A stretch of DNA of 64,000 nt, taken from Sphagnum compactum (lineage: Eukaryota). The stretch's first letter is position 1. Every line of letters starts with the position of its first letter. Under the pieces are notes generated by a model that ran no database searches, was not told where the DNA came from, and saw only the letters and a program-made list of their open reading frames with translations. The stretch spans positions 36,818,213 through 36,882,212 of the forward strand of contig OZ234493.1 in assembly GCA_965153455.1 (NCBI GenBank). Reading direction: 5' to 3'. Positions 37,411 through 48,526 of the stretch are shown here, piece after piece. Both the position numbers and the translations under genes were made by a program.

Positions 37411-38083
37411 GGTATTTTTTCCAGTGAGAATTTGGTGGTTAATGTTATCCTTTCTTCTCGTTTCCTGTGGAGTCTCCTATATTGTCATGGAGATGTAACA
37501 GCCTAGCACAGCCCACTAACATCCCCTGTTTTTCACTAACTGTTCATTTCCAAACAGTGTAAACTAGACCCACATAGAGATGGAGTGTCCAGGAACAAAT
37601 CCAAATTTCATCCGGCGAGTTTCTGTGTTACCAGTTACCAGTACCTGTGGGGCTTCGGTTTAAACCGGCTTCATCTTTCAAAGATGGACAACTTTCTACC
37701 CTTGTTTCATTGTATTGTCCTTAACCCTACTGCGTTGTATTCTCATTCCTTGAGGATGCATCAGCTAGATCTACAGTGTACCTTTCCAGTTATTTTTCCT
37801 TCGTTTACACAACCAGTGCAGGTGGTCCTGCATATCTTCGGGCATGATAGGATGTTACTAGTCTCCCTTTTCTCTTATCTAACCATTACTAATCTGTCTG
37901 CAATTTTGTCAAATGTAGTTCTCCTCTCTCTTACATGTTCTCGAGTCACATACTAGTATAGCAAATGAATGTTGGAGCTTACCACCTTACCAAAGGACTG
38001 GGAGGTGGCATCCACTGTCTTTGCTCCTTGATCAGAATTTGTAATATTTTTGTTTAGAGTTTAGTCATGGCGATCGGGCACAG

Positions 38084-39080
38084 TGACGCACTCCCAAGTT
38101 CCTAGTGGACCCGCTTGAGGGTCCAAGTATGCGACAATGCGAAAGGAGTTGGAACTTGGAGCCGCTCCCTAGCTCACAACACTTGGAGGGGTAGAGGGGC
38201 GTGTTGGAGCTCCGGGATGGGACTAGGAAGAATTGACAAGCTTATTCACTCACACAGGCCTGCACACAACCCACACAAAGTGGTTAGTGCATAGTTGGAG
38301 CACTTTTGGTGCTAGGACGAGCCGCGGGCAACACGGACACACAAGACTCACCACGGCCCGGACTTGGGGGAAGCCACCACCTTCCCCCTTATAGTATACT
38401 CTGCAGCTCTCCACGGAGGCTACATCCAAATGGCTATTTTTCCCGGGACTCCCGAATGGGAGTCCCGAAATCGCGCCAAATGGGACTCCCGCGACTTTGG
38501 AGCCCCATAACGTTGCAAGCAGACCTCGGATCGCAATGCAGTTTGAAGCAAAGTTGTAGATCTCGTCGAGACCTTTCCAACGGTATGTTGCACGTCCTCT
38601 GCAACCTAGTATTTCGGGTCGATTCTCAACTTTTAGTGGTCGGGAGTCGAAATTGGCAGACTCCCGGGAATTCGACTCCCGATCCTTCTTTTGGCCACAA
38701 CTTGTGTTTTAGATGTTCAAATGAGTAATGCGAGCCCATTTTAGATATCTACGCTTCAAAAGCTTTCCAATGATATAAAGAACGCCACAAGACATTGAAG
38801 TTTGACACCTGCAATTGCTCTCTGAAGTTTCAAGAGTCCATCGGGACTCCATCTCCCAAAGTGGGAGTTGCCTTGGGAGTGTGAGTGTTCACTCCCTCAC
38901 ACTTTCTTACACTCCCGGGAGTGTGATGTGACTCCCGGGCTTTCTCTTGCCTTGGCTCCCGGGCTTCCTCTTGGTTTAACTCCCGAGCTTCCTCTTGGTT
39001 TAACTCCCGGGCTTCCTCTTGGCCCGCAACCTTATAACCCCTTTCCCTTTGGTCCCGGGCCCAAAGCTAGGGTTGCGACA
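38084..39080 (-). mobile_element. Solo LTR related to family B (997 bp)
   Basis: TGACGCACTCCC...AGGGTTGCGACA, TSD CACAG (38079-38083 and 39081-39085), internal 24-bp tandem copies at about 38930-39020. Confidence 0.94.
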
Positions 39081-39107
39081 CACAGATTGCAACCAGAGAC
39101 AACCCCT

Positions 39108-39688
39108 TTTTTCGCGGTTGTCCATGGTTTCAGCTTTTAGTGTCCTTTCCTTCTTTCTTGAGTGAAGAAAAAGTTGAAGATACCCCTACTTTTTGCTGGG
39201 CTCTCCTCAAAAACGAAGTGGGCAACTGGGGAAATATGTGCAGTTGTGTGATACCGGTCTTTGGAAGCTGGGGTATGTAGTGGACCAATGTATAAAGTCA
39301 TGTAATGACAACCATAGTAATAGGATCAACTCTTCTGAGGCAGGATATTTTATGGAATATTGCAAGAAAAGACTTCTGGATCGATAAGCCCATGGTTGTC
39401 CATGGTTTTTCGCGGTTGTCTATGGTTTCAGCTTTTAGTGTCCTTTCCTTCTTTCTTGAATGAAGAAAAAGTTGAAGAGACCCCTACTTTTTGCTGGGCT
39501 CTCCTCAAAGACGAAGTGGGCAACTGGGGAAATATGTGCAGTTGTGTGATACCGGTCTTTGGAAGCTGGGGTATGTAGTGGACCAATGTATAAAGTCATG
39601 TAATGACAACCATAGTAATAGGATCAACTCTTCTGAGGCAGGATATTTTATGGAATATTGTAAGAAAAGACTTCTGGATCGATAAGCC
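39108..39688. repeat. Tandem duplication, period 298 bp
   Basis: 39108-39390 and 39406-39688 are nearly identical; short ORFs 39193 and 39491 are offset by 298. Confidence 0.92.
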
Positions 39689-40362
39689 ACTATATGCTGC
39701 CGTTGCAAACATGGTTTCCATTCCTTCATAGCTTTTTCTGAATAGAAGGTAGACGGGAATTTCTTAGATTCTGAAGGCTGTTTTGATTTGGACTTGTTCA
39801 AGGTCGTTGCCTCTCAATTGGAAAGAAAATGGATGAGTACTTTGCACCCTTTCTTTCCAAGAGGTCACAACTTAATAGGCAAGTCAAACCTTAATAAGAC
39901 GTTCATACCTTAAGGGTGCATCAAGCTTTTGCAATGTTGTGGAGATAGGGCAGTAAACCTTTGTTTGCTCGTCTTAACAACAAAGTCTGCAGGGTTCCTT
40001 TTAAAGTTCTTCCCGTTGTTGCTGGAAGTTTTCCTCCTCCCTTGCCGGTTTCCGAGGAGACTGGTTCCCCTCCCGATGATGTGCAACTAAATCACAGAGG
40101 GGTCCCTCACCTTCATCCTCCCAAAATTTTTGGCTGCAGAATTTCCAAATGAAGGCTGGTATTCCTTTCTTTTCTTACGGCTCAGGATAAGTATTCTATT
40201 TTTTTCTCTCCAAGTATACGACAGCGAATCTAGTTCGTATGCTTTTGTTGCTGTCTCACTTTTCTCCTTTTGTTCTTGGTCCTCCTGTTAGCTAAGCTTT
40301 ACAATTGTCCAAATTTCCGAGTAATTTTATAACAAGTGATAATGCTCTTCGTTATTTGTCAT

Positions 40363-42845
40363 CACTACTAGGAAATGCGTCCTAGTTCACTATGGGTTTC
40401 ACTAGATTTTTGAGTGAATTTGGACAGTTTCACTAGGTGAAATTGTTTAACCTCCTAGTGAACGGGGACCAGTTGCTACGGACAATGACTTGTTTCACTA
40501 GTAACTACTGAAACAAGGTTATTCTCAAGTGAAATACAAATTTACCAAACCATTCATTTACTAGTTAATTAACTAACCAGTATTAATTAAATTTTAATTA
40601 TTTAATATATAATACTATTGATAATTTCATGATTTTTAAAGCCTATTATTTATTGACACGTGTCACTACTTACGATAGGTTAAAAACCTAGCCTAGGTAG
40701 GTAGGGAGGCCACGTAATCAACCTAAGCACCTAACCTTGGAATTTGAGAGGAGAATATTTGGTCAACATACCATGTTGACCACACACAACACCACCCATG
40801 AGGTTTGATCCCTTGACCTTTGGAATGGGGGCAAACACTTTTACCATCAAACCACCCCACTTGTTGTGATAATATGTTACATTACATTCTATTTATCAAA
40901 TACTTCATTTTGAACATTACAAAAATATAAACTTTGAAAATTGGCAATCCTAAGCAATTATAATATATGGCTATTGGTTGTTTTTTTATTAGTGTTATTG
41001 GTGGTTATTAATGGCTATTGGTACCTATTATATTTGTGGCTATTAATGTTTTTTAGTGGTTATTCTATTAATGGCCATTAGTAGTTATTCTATTGGTAGT
41101 TATTCTATTAATGGCTACTGGTAGCTATTCTATTAATAACTATTCGTGATTAATGTATTAACGGCTATTGGTGGTTATTTTATTAATGGCTATTGGTGGT
41201 TATTCTATTAATGGCTATTGGTGGTTATTCTATTAATGGCTATTGATGGTTATTTTATTAATGGCTATTTGTGATTAATTTATTGATGGATATTAGTGCC
41301 TACTCTATTAATGGTTATTGGTGGCTAATATATTAATGGTTATTTATGATTAATCTATTAATGGCTATTGGTGGCTAATCTATTAATGGCTATTGATGGC
41401 TAATTTATTAATGGCTATTGGTGGCTATTATATTTATGGCTATTGGTGCTTATTCTATTAATGGCTATTGGTGGCTATTTTATTAATGGCTATTCGTGAT
41501 TAATTTATTGATGGATATTGGTGCCTACTCTATTAATGGTTATTGGTGGCTAATATATTAATGGCTATTTATGATTAATCTATTAATGGCTATTGGTGGC
41601 TAATCTATTAATGGCTATTGGTGGCTAATCTATTAATGGCTATTGGTGGCTAATCTATTAATGGCTATTGGTGGCTATTATATTTATGGCTATTGGTGGC
41701 TATTATATTTATGGCTATTGGTGACTATTCTATTAATGGCTACTGGTGGTTATTTTATTAATGGCAATTGGTGACTAATATATTAATGGCTATTGGTGGA
41801 TATTATATTAATGGCTATTGGTGGCTAATTTATTAATGGCTATTGGTGGCTATTCTATTAATGGCTATTCTATTAATGGCTATTGGTGGCTAATCTATTA
41901 ATGGCTATTCGTGATTAATCTATTAATGGCTATTGGTGAATATTCTATTAATGGCTATTGGTGAATATTCTATTAATGGCTATTGGTGGCTATTTTATTA
42001 ATGGCTATTGGTGGTTATTTTATTGGTGGTTATTTTATTGGTGGTTATTTTATTGGTGGTTATTGACGGCTATTTTATTATGGTTATTAATGGTTATTGT
42101 ATTATAAGTTATTGTTGGTTATTATATGTTATATTACAACTATTGGTTTATTGTATTATAAATTATTGTTTGATATTTTACGTTATAATATCATAGGCTA
42201 TTGGTAGTTATTATATTGTAAGGTATTTAAAATTATTTTTCATAAGTTATTATTTTCTATTTTAAGTTATTTTTACCTTAGGCCATTATATTCTATTTTA
42301 GATTATTTTAAAGTTATTATGCTTAGGATAAAATCATTTATAATAACATTAAGTAGAATGACCTTGAATAATTAATTTAAAGTATAACTTGAAATAACAT
42401 ACATTAATTTAAAATAAATAACCTAAGGTATAGCCTAAAGTTAGTTGAATAATTTAATTTTAAATAATTTAAAAGCTTATAATAAACTAGTTAAGATACT
42501 TTAAGGTAAAATAACATATAATAATTTAGGATACAATAATTTATAATAGCTTATAATAACATAAAATATAAGTTAAAATAACTAAAATAGCTTAAAATAA
42601 TATAGGGTATATCATAAAGTAACATAGATAGAATATTTTAAAAAACATAGAAATAAACCTATTTGCTATAGTAAATTGTAATAGTGAATTATGTTAACTA
42701 GAAATGAAACACGATGTCTACATAGTGATATTATAATGAAATAACTTTCACTAGGTGAAATCAGTAAAATGCAATGAAGTTATTTCATTTTTAAGGTCCC
42801 ATAGTGATTTAAGCCAGTAAATTACACCCCACTTTGGTAGTAGTG
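40363..42845. mobile_element. Non-autonomous CACTA (En/Spm) DNA transposon
   Basis: Ends CACTACTA... and ...TAGTAGTG, 3-bp TSD CAT (40360-40362 and 42846-42848), subterminal TTCACTAG motifs near both ends, no transposase ORF. Confidence 0.9.
40965..42110. repeat. 21-bp minisatellite inside the CACTA element
   Basis: Consensus TATTAATGGCTATTGGTGGCT(A/T) repeated tens of times with variants. Confidence 0.92.
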
Positions 42846-43938
42846 CATCCAGTGCCCTCTTTCATAGGCAGAGATCTCACGATCTCTGTTTTTGTGGAGG
42901 TAGGCCTAGGGGCTCAAAACGCAAGATGAATCTTCACAGTGCCACTTGGCATCATTTAAAACACTTTCCAAGCTGGGCTGAAGGTGACCAACCAGTCATC
43001 GGTGTAGGCGCTGCAAGTTGGCCAGGGTGAACAGTACCCATGTTGGTACCTTGACCTTTTTGAGTGAAGCCTCTTAGTGGCCATATTAAGACCAAAAAAT
43101 GTTAAATCTTAACTCAGACACCCTAATTCTGTCTAAGCATGGGATATTTGTAATGCTTGGAAATGCTTTAAATGGACGCTTGGGTTCGCCCAAAGGCTCT
43201 CAAGTCACTGTGCCCTTGTTGGCTGATGGAATATCATTGAAACTACTTAATAAGCTAGATGGGAATTTGTTCGGAGTCCACAATTCTTTTATAAAAACAA
43301 TCAAGGCGTTGAGGCTTGTGTTGCCCTGTTATTGGGGAATTTTATTTTTTAATAAATATGTTAGGTACCGATGAAGGGCACAATGACAGGCTCTTGCAAC
43401 CTGCATGCCGCTTCTCAGTACTAGCAACAATGTTCGTTTTGGGAAAAGAGAAAGGTGAGCTAGCTAGAGTTGCACAAGAAGTCCAAGGCCATGTAATTCA
43501 CAGGGCTCTTGTGAAAATCCCCTCCGATCTCGTTTGTGTCATTGAATCCATCAGAGACATGTCTGTGGACATAAGTCGCAGACAAGCGTCCAGGCGCTAT
43601 AGAAGACTTATGTATGCCAGTGCTTTTGTAGCTGCTGCTGGCTTGTTTATCCTCCCCCCCATGTAGTGTAGGCTGAGCAGTATGCAGTTTCCTGGGTAGC
43701 TTGGTCTACAACGTTAGAGAACAATACTCTGTTAAGATCCTGTAAATAGTCCAACTGTTCCAAATTACCACGTTCTTTTTTCCGAGTCTCGTGCTGTGAT
43801 TGGTAATCATTCAGTGTGTTTGTAGTAGCTGGAAACAACAGGCTATGTGAAATTTTTGGAAGTCCTCACCTCTTCTTAAACAGTAATGATTAGGTAATAT
43901 TGTAGACGAAGAGTGTGATAGCATCATCCGCTTTGTCT

Positions 43939-44143
43939 GTGTCGACTCTCTCTAGTGACCCAAGCTCACAACGTTCTGTTCAGTGCTGTAAGAGCAGTAC
44001 TACTGTCCGTGTCGACTCTCTCCGGTGACTAGAGCTGACAACATTCAGCTGGGTGCTGCAGGAGCAGTACTACTGTCAGTGTCGACTCTCTCTAGTGACC
44101 CGAGCTGACGATGTTTAGGTTAGTGCTGCAGGAGCAGTACTAC
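43939..44143. repeat. 70-bp tandem repeat, 3 copies
   Basis: GTCGACTCTCTC starts at 43941, 44011 and 44081, and each unit ends with GAGCAGTACTACT. Confidence 0.9.
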
Positions 44144-44729
44144 TCTACTTGAGAGAGAGATGGACATAGTCCATAAAGGACCGGTGTTTGGCCTACCTCC
44201 ACTCCAGGTCCCAGAAGGGACCGACTAGTTTCTTTTCCTACGGATGGTTTGAGTCTCTCTTCCATTTTGAGCCTTCCTTCTGTGTTGGACTGTCTTCCTC
44301 TGCTTGTTGGAAAGTGTTGATCCCTTCCCTTCGTTCCTTGCAAATATGCTAAAACGTCTGGTCAAGAGTTTTTTAGCTATGGGGCGTTGGGTACATCTAC
44401 CCGTGCTCCTCAAGTTAGTAAAATTATTCCCTCTGGATGTGCTTGTTGTTGTTTCCCCTAGTTTTGTCGGTTCCCATCATGGTCATGTTATTTCTTAGAA
44501 GAGGATTGTTATTTAAGAATCCTGCTGCAGTCTCTTGATTTCTTAACTCTGTGCACTAAAATTGACTCAGGGGATCTAAAAGCTCGTAGCAGAATTCTAC
44601 GAAATAAAGTGTTCTATCGGACGCTAAAGCTTCATCGTTTTAAGTTATTGATGGTTCCAAAAATTGTTTTGAACTATCAGTTTTCCTCGCCGCAAAAAAA
44701 AGCAGAGAGCAGTTTGTTTAAAAATCCTA

Positions 44730-44915
44730 GGCTTTAAATTTGTAGAGGCTTCAGATTTGATCTCTGGTTGGATTTCATATTAGACAATTTGTTTCTCTGT
44801 TTTGCCCGACGTGCGTGTAAACAAATGCATCGGTATCCCCATGGGTACAAATTTTGCGCTCTATTGAGCTAATCTCTTCACCCGGGAGTTGTCCTTTGCC
44901 CCATTTATAGATTCT
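44730..44915 (+). pseudogene. Degenerate reverse-transcriptase fragment, Penelope-like element type
   Basis: Manual translation: WLDFILDNLFLCF (44765), then CIGIPMGTNFALY*ANLF (44826), then PFID. This resembles the PLE RT pattern FLIDNIYV.FG..QxxGIPMGTNCAPxLANLF..R(Y/F)IDD. Confidence 0.6.
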
Positions 44916-44955
44916 TGAGACTTTTTAGTTTCGGAAGAAGTTTTTTGTCTTCCAA

Positions 44956-46690
44956 ATGGTCAGTCCTATTCTCTTTCTGCTGAAGGTAAAAGGCTACCCT
45001 TTTAGAAAACTTCTAAAGAAAACTCGAGCGTTGGTTATTGAAGAAGGATTCTTATTTGGGATTTTTGCTTTTAGCAGGTTTCAAATGATTTTGCTTTGAG
45101 CCATGCGAGTGGGGAGCTTCCTGTAAGCCCGCTTTATCCTTCCTTGTTGTTTTCCCTTTCTCTCTTTCTTTGTTTCTTTGACTGGTCTTTGTTCTGAGGT
45201 ATGTTGTTGGCAGGGTCAACATCCTAAACCCCTCACGGTTGCACTATGGGAGGAGCCCAAGCCTTTGGCGATGAGAGACCAATATGCAATCGACGCAGCC
45301 GGGGACTCGTTCGGTAGCCTTGTGACAGTGGAACTTCCACCTCCAGAATGGTAAGGGCCTCCTGAGGATAACCTCGTATTGTCCAGCTCAAGGTTTTTTT
45401 CCTTTCTTAAGTCGATTGTGAAGGTACTCCTCGTAATTTGATACGGATTGTTGTTAGGAACACAAAATTGAGCTTCACCAAGCATTGGGGAGCCCAGGAA
45501 AGTGCCTCCATTATCCGACATTTTCGTGCTGCCGGGCATAGTGTCCCGGACTCCGTGCGTAAGTTAATAGGCATGGGCATCCCGACCTCATCTCCAGAGG
45601 AAAACAAGGGACATTATCCGAATCTTGAGGATTTTCAAGAGATTTGTGAAGACTCTATGTTGATCCACAATGGGGAGATGGTGGCCATTATTTTTCATGC
45701 ATTTGTTCCTTTGATTGAAGCTTCGGAGCACGTTCAGACCTTGGGAGATCTCTTTCGGTATGGCGGCACCATGCTTTGCACCTGTTCTCCGGAGTCTCAA
45801 ATGGCGTTGTTTGGGCACAGGTTTTGTCGTGGCGATCTCACTGTGAACAGGTCGGTACTCTGTAACCAGGATGGATGCTCATTCAAAAAAATTTATTTTA
45901 CTTTTTTTTTTCTCATGGCGCGTGAAGTTCTTTCCTTTCAGGTACCGGCACAGCACGAAAAGAAACGCAGGAGACAAAGGGACCTGGTCGTAGGAGGAAC
46001 TAGAACGGTCTGCAGATGCTTGGGCCACAAAATTTGTGTAGACAAATTTGCATCCGCAGCTTGAGTCGTGGTTGAGAGAGTTGGACAGCTTTTTCCCTAA
46101 GGAATTACCATTTGGCACCTATAGAGTGGGAAGAAGTTGTTTCACGGCCATGGCGGTCACTGAAAACTACCAGTCCACACCGCATACTGACAGGGACTTG
46201 TGCAATTCTGTGATCTCCTGATTTTTGGAAGGTGAGTGTTCTTTGTAACTTTTGTTTATTTTAGACACTATGAGCCTTGTGAAAGGGGAAAAAAAAATGA
46301 TTGCATACCTTCCTACTCACATTTCTTCATTGGGAATTCGGTTGGAGTTGGACAGGAGAAGTAACATCAGGAGGGCAATTTGTGTTTCTAACGCACAAAT
46401 TGTTTTTTCGGCCCAGGCAAGGGACTGTCATACTCTTCCAGTCTACATGGCTTCAACATTGTACCATGCCCATCCGAGGGGAAGGACGGCAATTGGGTTG
46501 CGCATTGTACCTTCGGAAGCAGACGCTCTCCCAATACACAGCTCGACAAGCAAATCTGTTTCGAATCAATCGAGCTCTGAATGAATCTATGCGAACAGCA
46601 AGTTCCATTCGAAGACGGGGGAAAGGCAAAATGGGTCCACTTGAAGGTGCTTTGCTCATCACCTATCGTGGCAATGATGTCCAGGTCTAG
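44956..46690 (+). pseudogene. TET/JBP-family 2-oxoglutarate/Fe(II) dioxygenase, six predicted exons, three nonsense codons
   Basis: Phase-compatible GT-AG exons 44956-44985, 45078-45122, 45214-45350, 45458-45850, 45942-46231 and 46356-46690. Spliced protein contains QMALFGHR, FTAMAVTENYQSTPHTDRD (HxD at 46183-46191), GGQFVF, PRQGTVILF, LQHCT (His 46457) and GRQLGCALY (Arg 46487). Stops: TAG 45991, TAG 46039, TGA 46219. Confidence 0.78.
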
Positions 46691-46702
46691 GACGAAGATT
46701 GC

Positions 46703-48526
46703 TCTGCGACTGAAGGCTGGGATGGATGAGTCCAGCTTTTGAGAGCTGTGACCAACAAGGCTTTGTTCGTTGTTTTTAAGAGCAAAATTGGGGAATTGGG
46801 TGAAAGAGTTGTGTATTTGGGTAGAGAGGAGGAGGAGGATGGTTTGCGAGAAAAAATGAGGGGGGACCCTAAAAAGGGAGGAAGAACGGGAAAAAGTAGA
46901 ATCGAGATTGATTAGGAGGATCATACCTTAAGGTGCCGGGAGAGAGAGATGGAGAGAGATCATGATTTTTGACACGTCCGGTTTAGGAGGAGATTGAGCT
47001 CACAGAATGGCAGGCAGAATCAGGCATACCAGATGTGGGAGAGCTACAAAGAGCAAGAGGAATTTGGCAAAGATGTGTTGAAACAATTCCAAAACCATCT
47101 CTCCAAAATCCCACTTCCTATACCCGATGATGCACTTGCACCAGCAGCAGCCACCAAGACTGGAGCAGTGGCAAATTCAAGGTGGGGATCAAATGGTTAC
47201 TCGGCAAATTCGAAGGAGCTTAATGGTGATGGACTTCCCGATCTGCTGCAACAATCAAGAAGTGATGCAATTGCACCAAACAAGAGATCAAGGGTCGATC
47301 GACCGAGTAATAATGGAACAGGTCTGTCATCGTTGGAAACAGATTGTCTTGAGCTCGAATCTTTGCCTTCCGAGAAGAGATGATGACAAGCAATAGCTGC
47401 ACGAAGATCAGCAATGAGTTCGACTTATCAAAGAGGGAGACAATCCAGGAGACACGAGAGCTACAAGATCCGGGTGCAGAGTAGTTGGAGCAGCTGTTGA
47501 TGTCAAGTAGCTGTTTTGAACCTGAAATTGAGATGTCGGACATCAACTTCCTCTCTGCAATCACAAATCCCAGTATCGCAAACTAACAACTCCTTGGAAT
47601 TCTTTCCTGATCTGCGACTGAAGGCTGGAATGAATGAGTCCAGTTTTTGAGAGCTGTGGCCAACAAGGCTTTGTTGGCTGTTTTCAAGGGCAGAATCGGG
47701 GAATTGGGTGAAAGAGTTGTGTATTTGGGTAGAGAGGAGGAGGAGGATGGTTTGGGAGAAGAAATGAGGGGGGACCCTAAAAAGGGAGGAAGAACGGGAA
47801 AAAGTAGAATCGAGATTGATTAGGAGGATCATACCTTAAGGTGCCGGGAGAGAGAGATGGAGAGAGATCATGAATTTTGACACGTCTGGTTCAGGAGGAG
47901 ATCGAGCTCACAGAATGGCAGGCAGAATCGGGTAGACCAGATGTGGGAGAGCTACAAAGAGCAAGAGGAATTTGGCAAAGATGTGTTGAAACAATTCCAA
48001 AACCATCTCTCCAAAATCCCACTTCCTGTACCCGATGATGCACTTGCACCAGTGGCGGCCACCAGGACTGGAGCAGCGGCAAATTCAAGGTGGGGATCAA
48101 ATGGTTACTCGGCAAATTCGAAGGAGTTTAATGGTGATGGACTTCCTGATCTCTGCAACAATCAAGAAGTGATGTAACCGCACCAAACAAGAGATCAAGG
48201 GTCGATCGGCCGAGTAATAATGGAACAGGTCTGTCATCGTTGGAAACAGATTGTCTTGAGCTCGAACCTTTGCCTTCCGAGAAGGAGATGATGACAAGCA
48301 ATAGCTGCACGGAGATCAGCAATGAGTTCGACTTATCAAAGAGGGAGACAATCCAGGAGACACGAGAGCTGCAAGGTCTGGGTGTAGAGTATTTGGAGCA
48401 GCCGTTGATGTCAAGTAGCTGTTGTGAACCTGAAATTACGATGTCAGACATCAACCTCCTCTCTACAATCACAAATCCCAGTATCGCAAACTATCATGTA
48501 GACAACTCGAAATTCTTTCCTGATCT
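46703..48526. repeat. Tandem duplication, period about 908 bp, containing a frameshifted ORF of unknown function
   Basis: Both units start CTGCGACTGAAGGCTGG (about 46703 and 47612) and end TTCTTTCCTGATCT; both encode MWESYKEQEEFGKDVLKQF... Confidence 0.92.
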
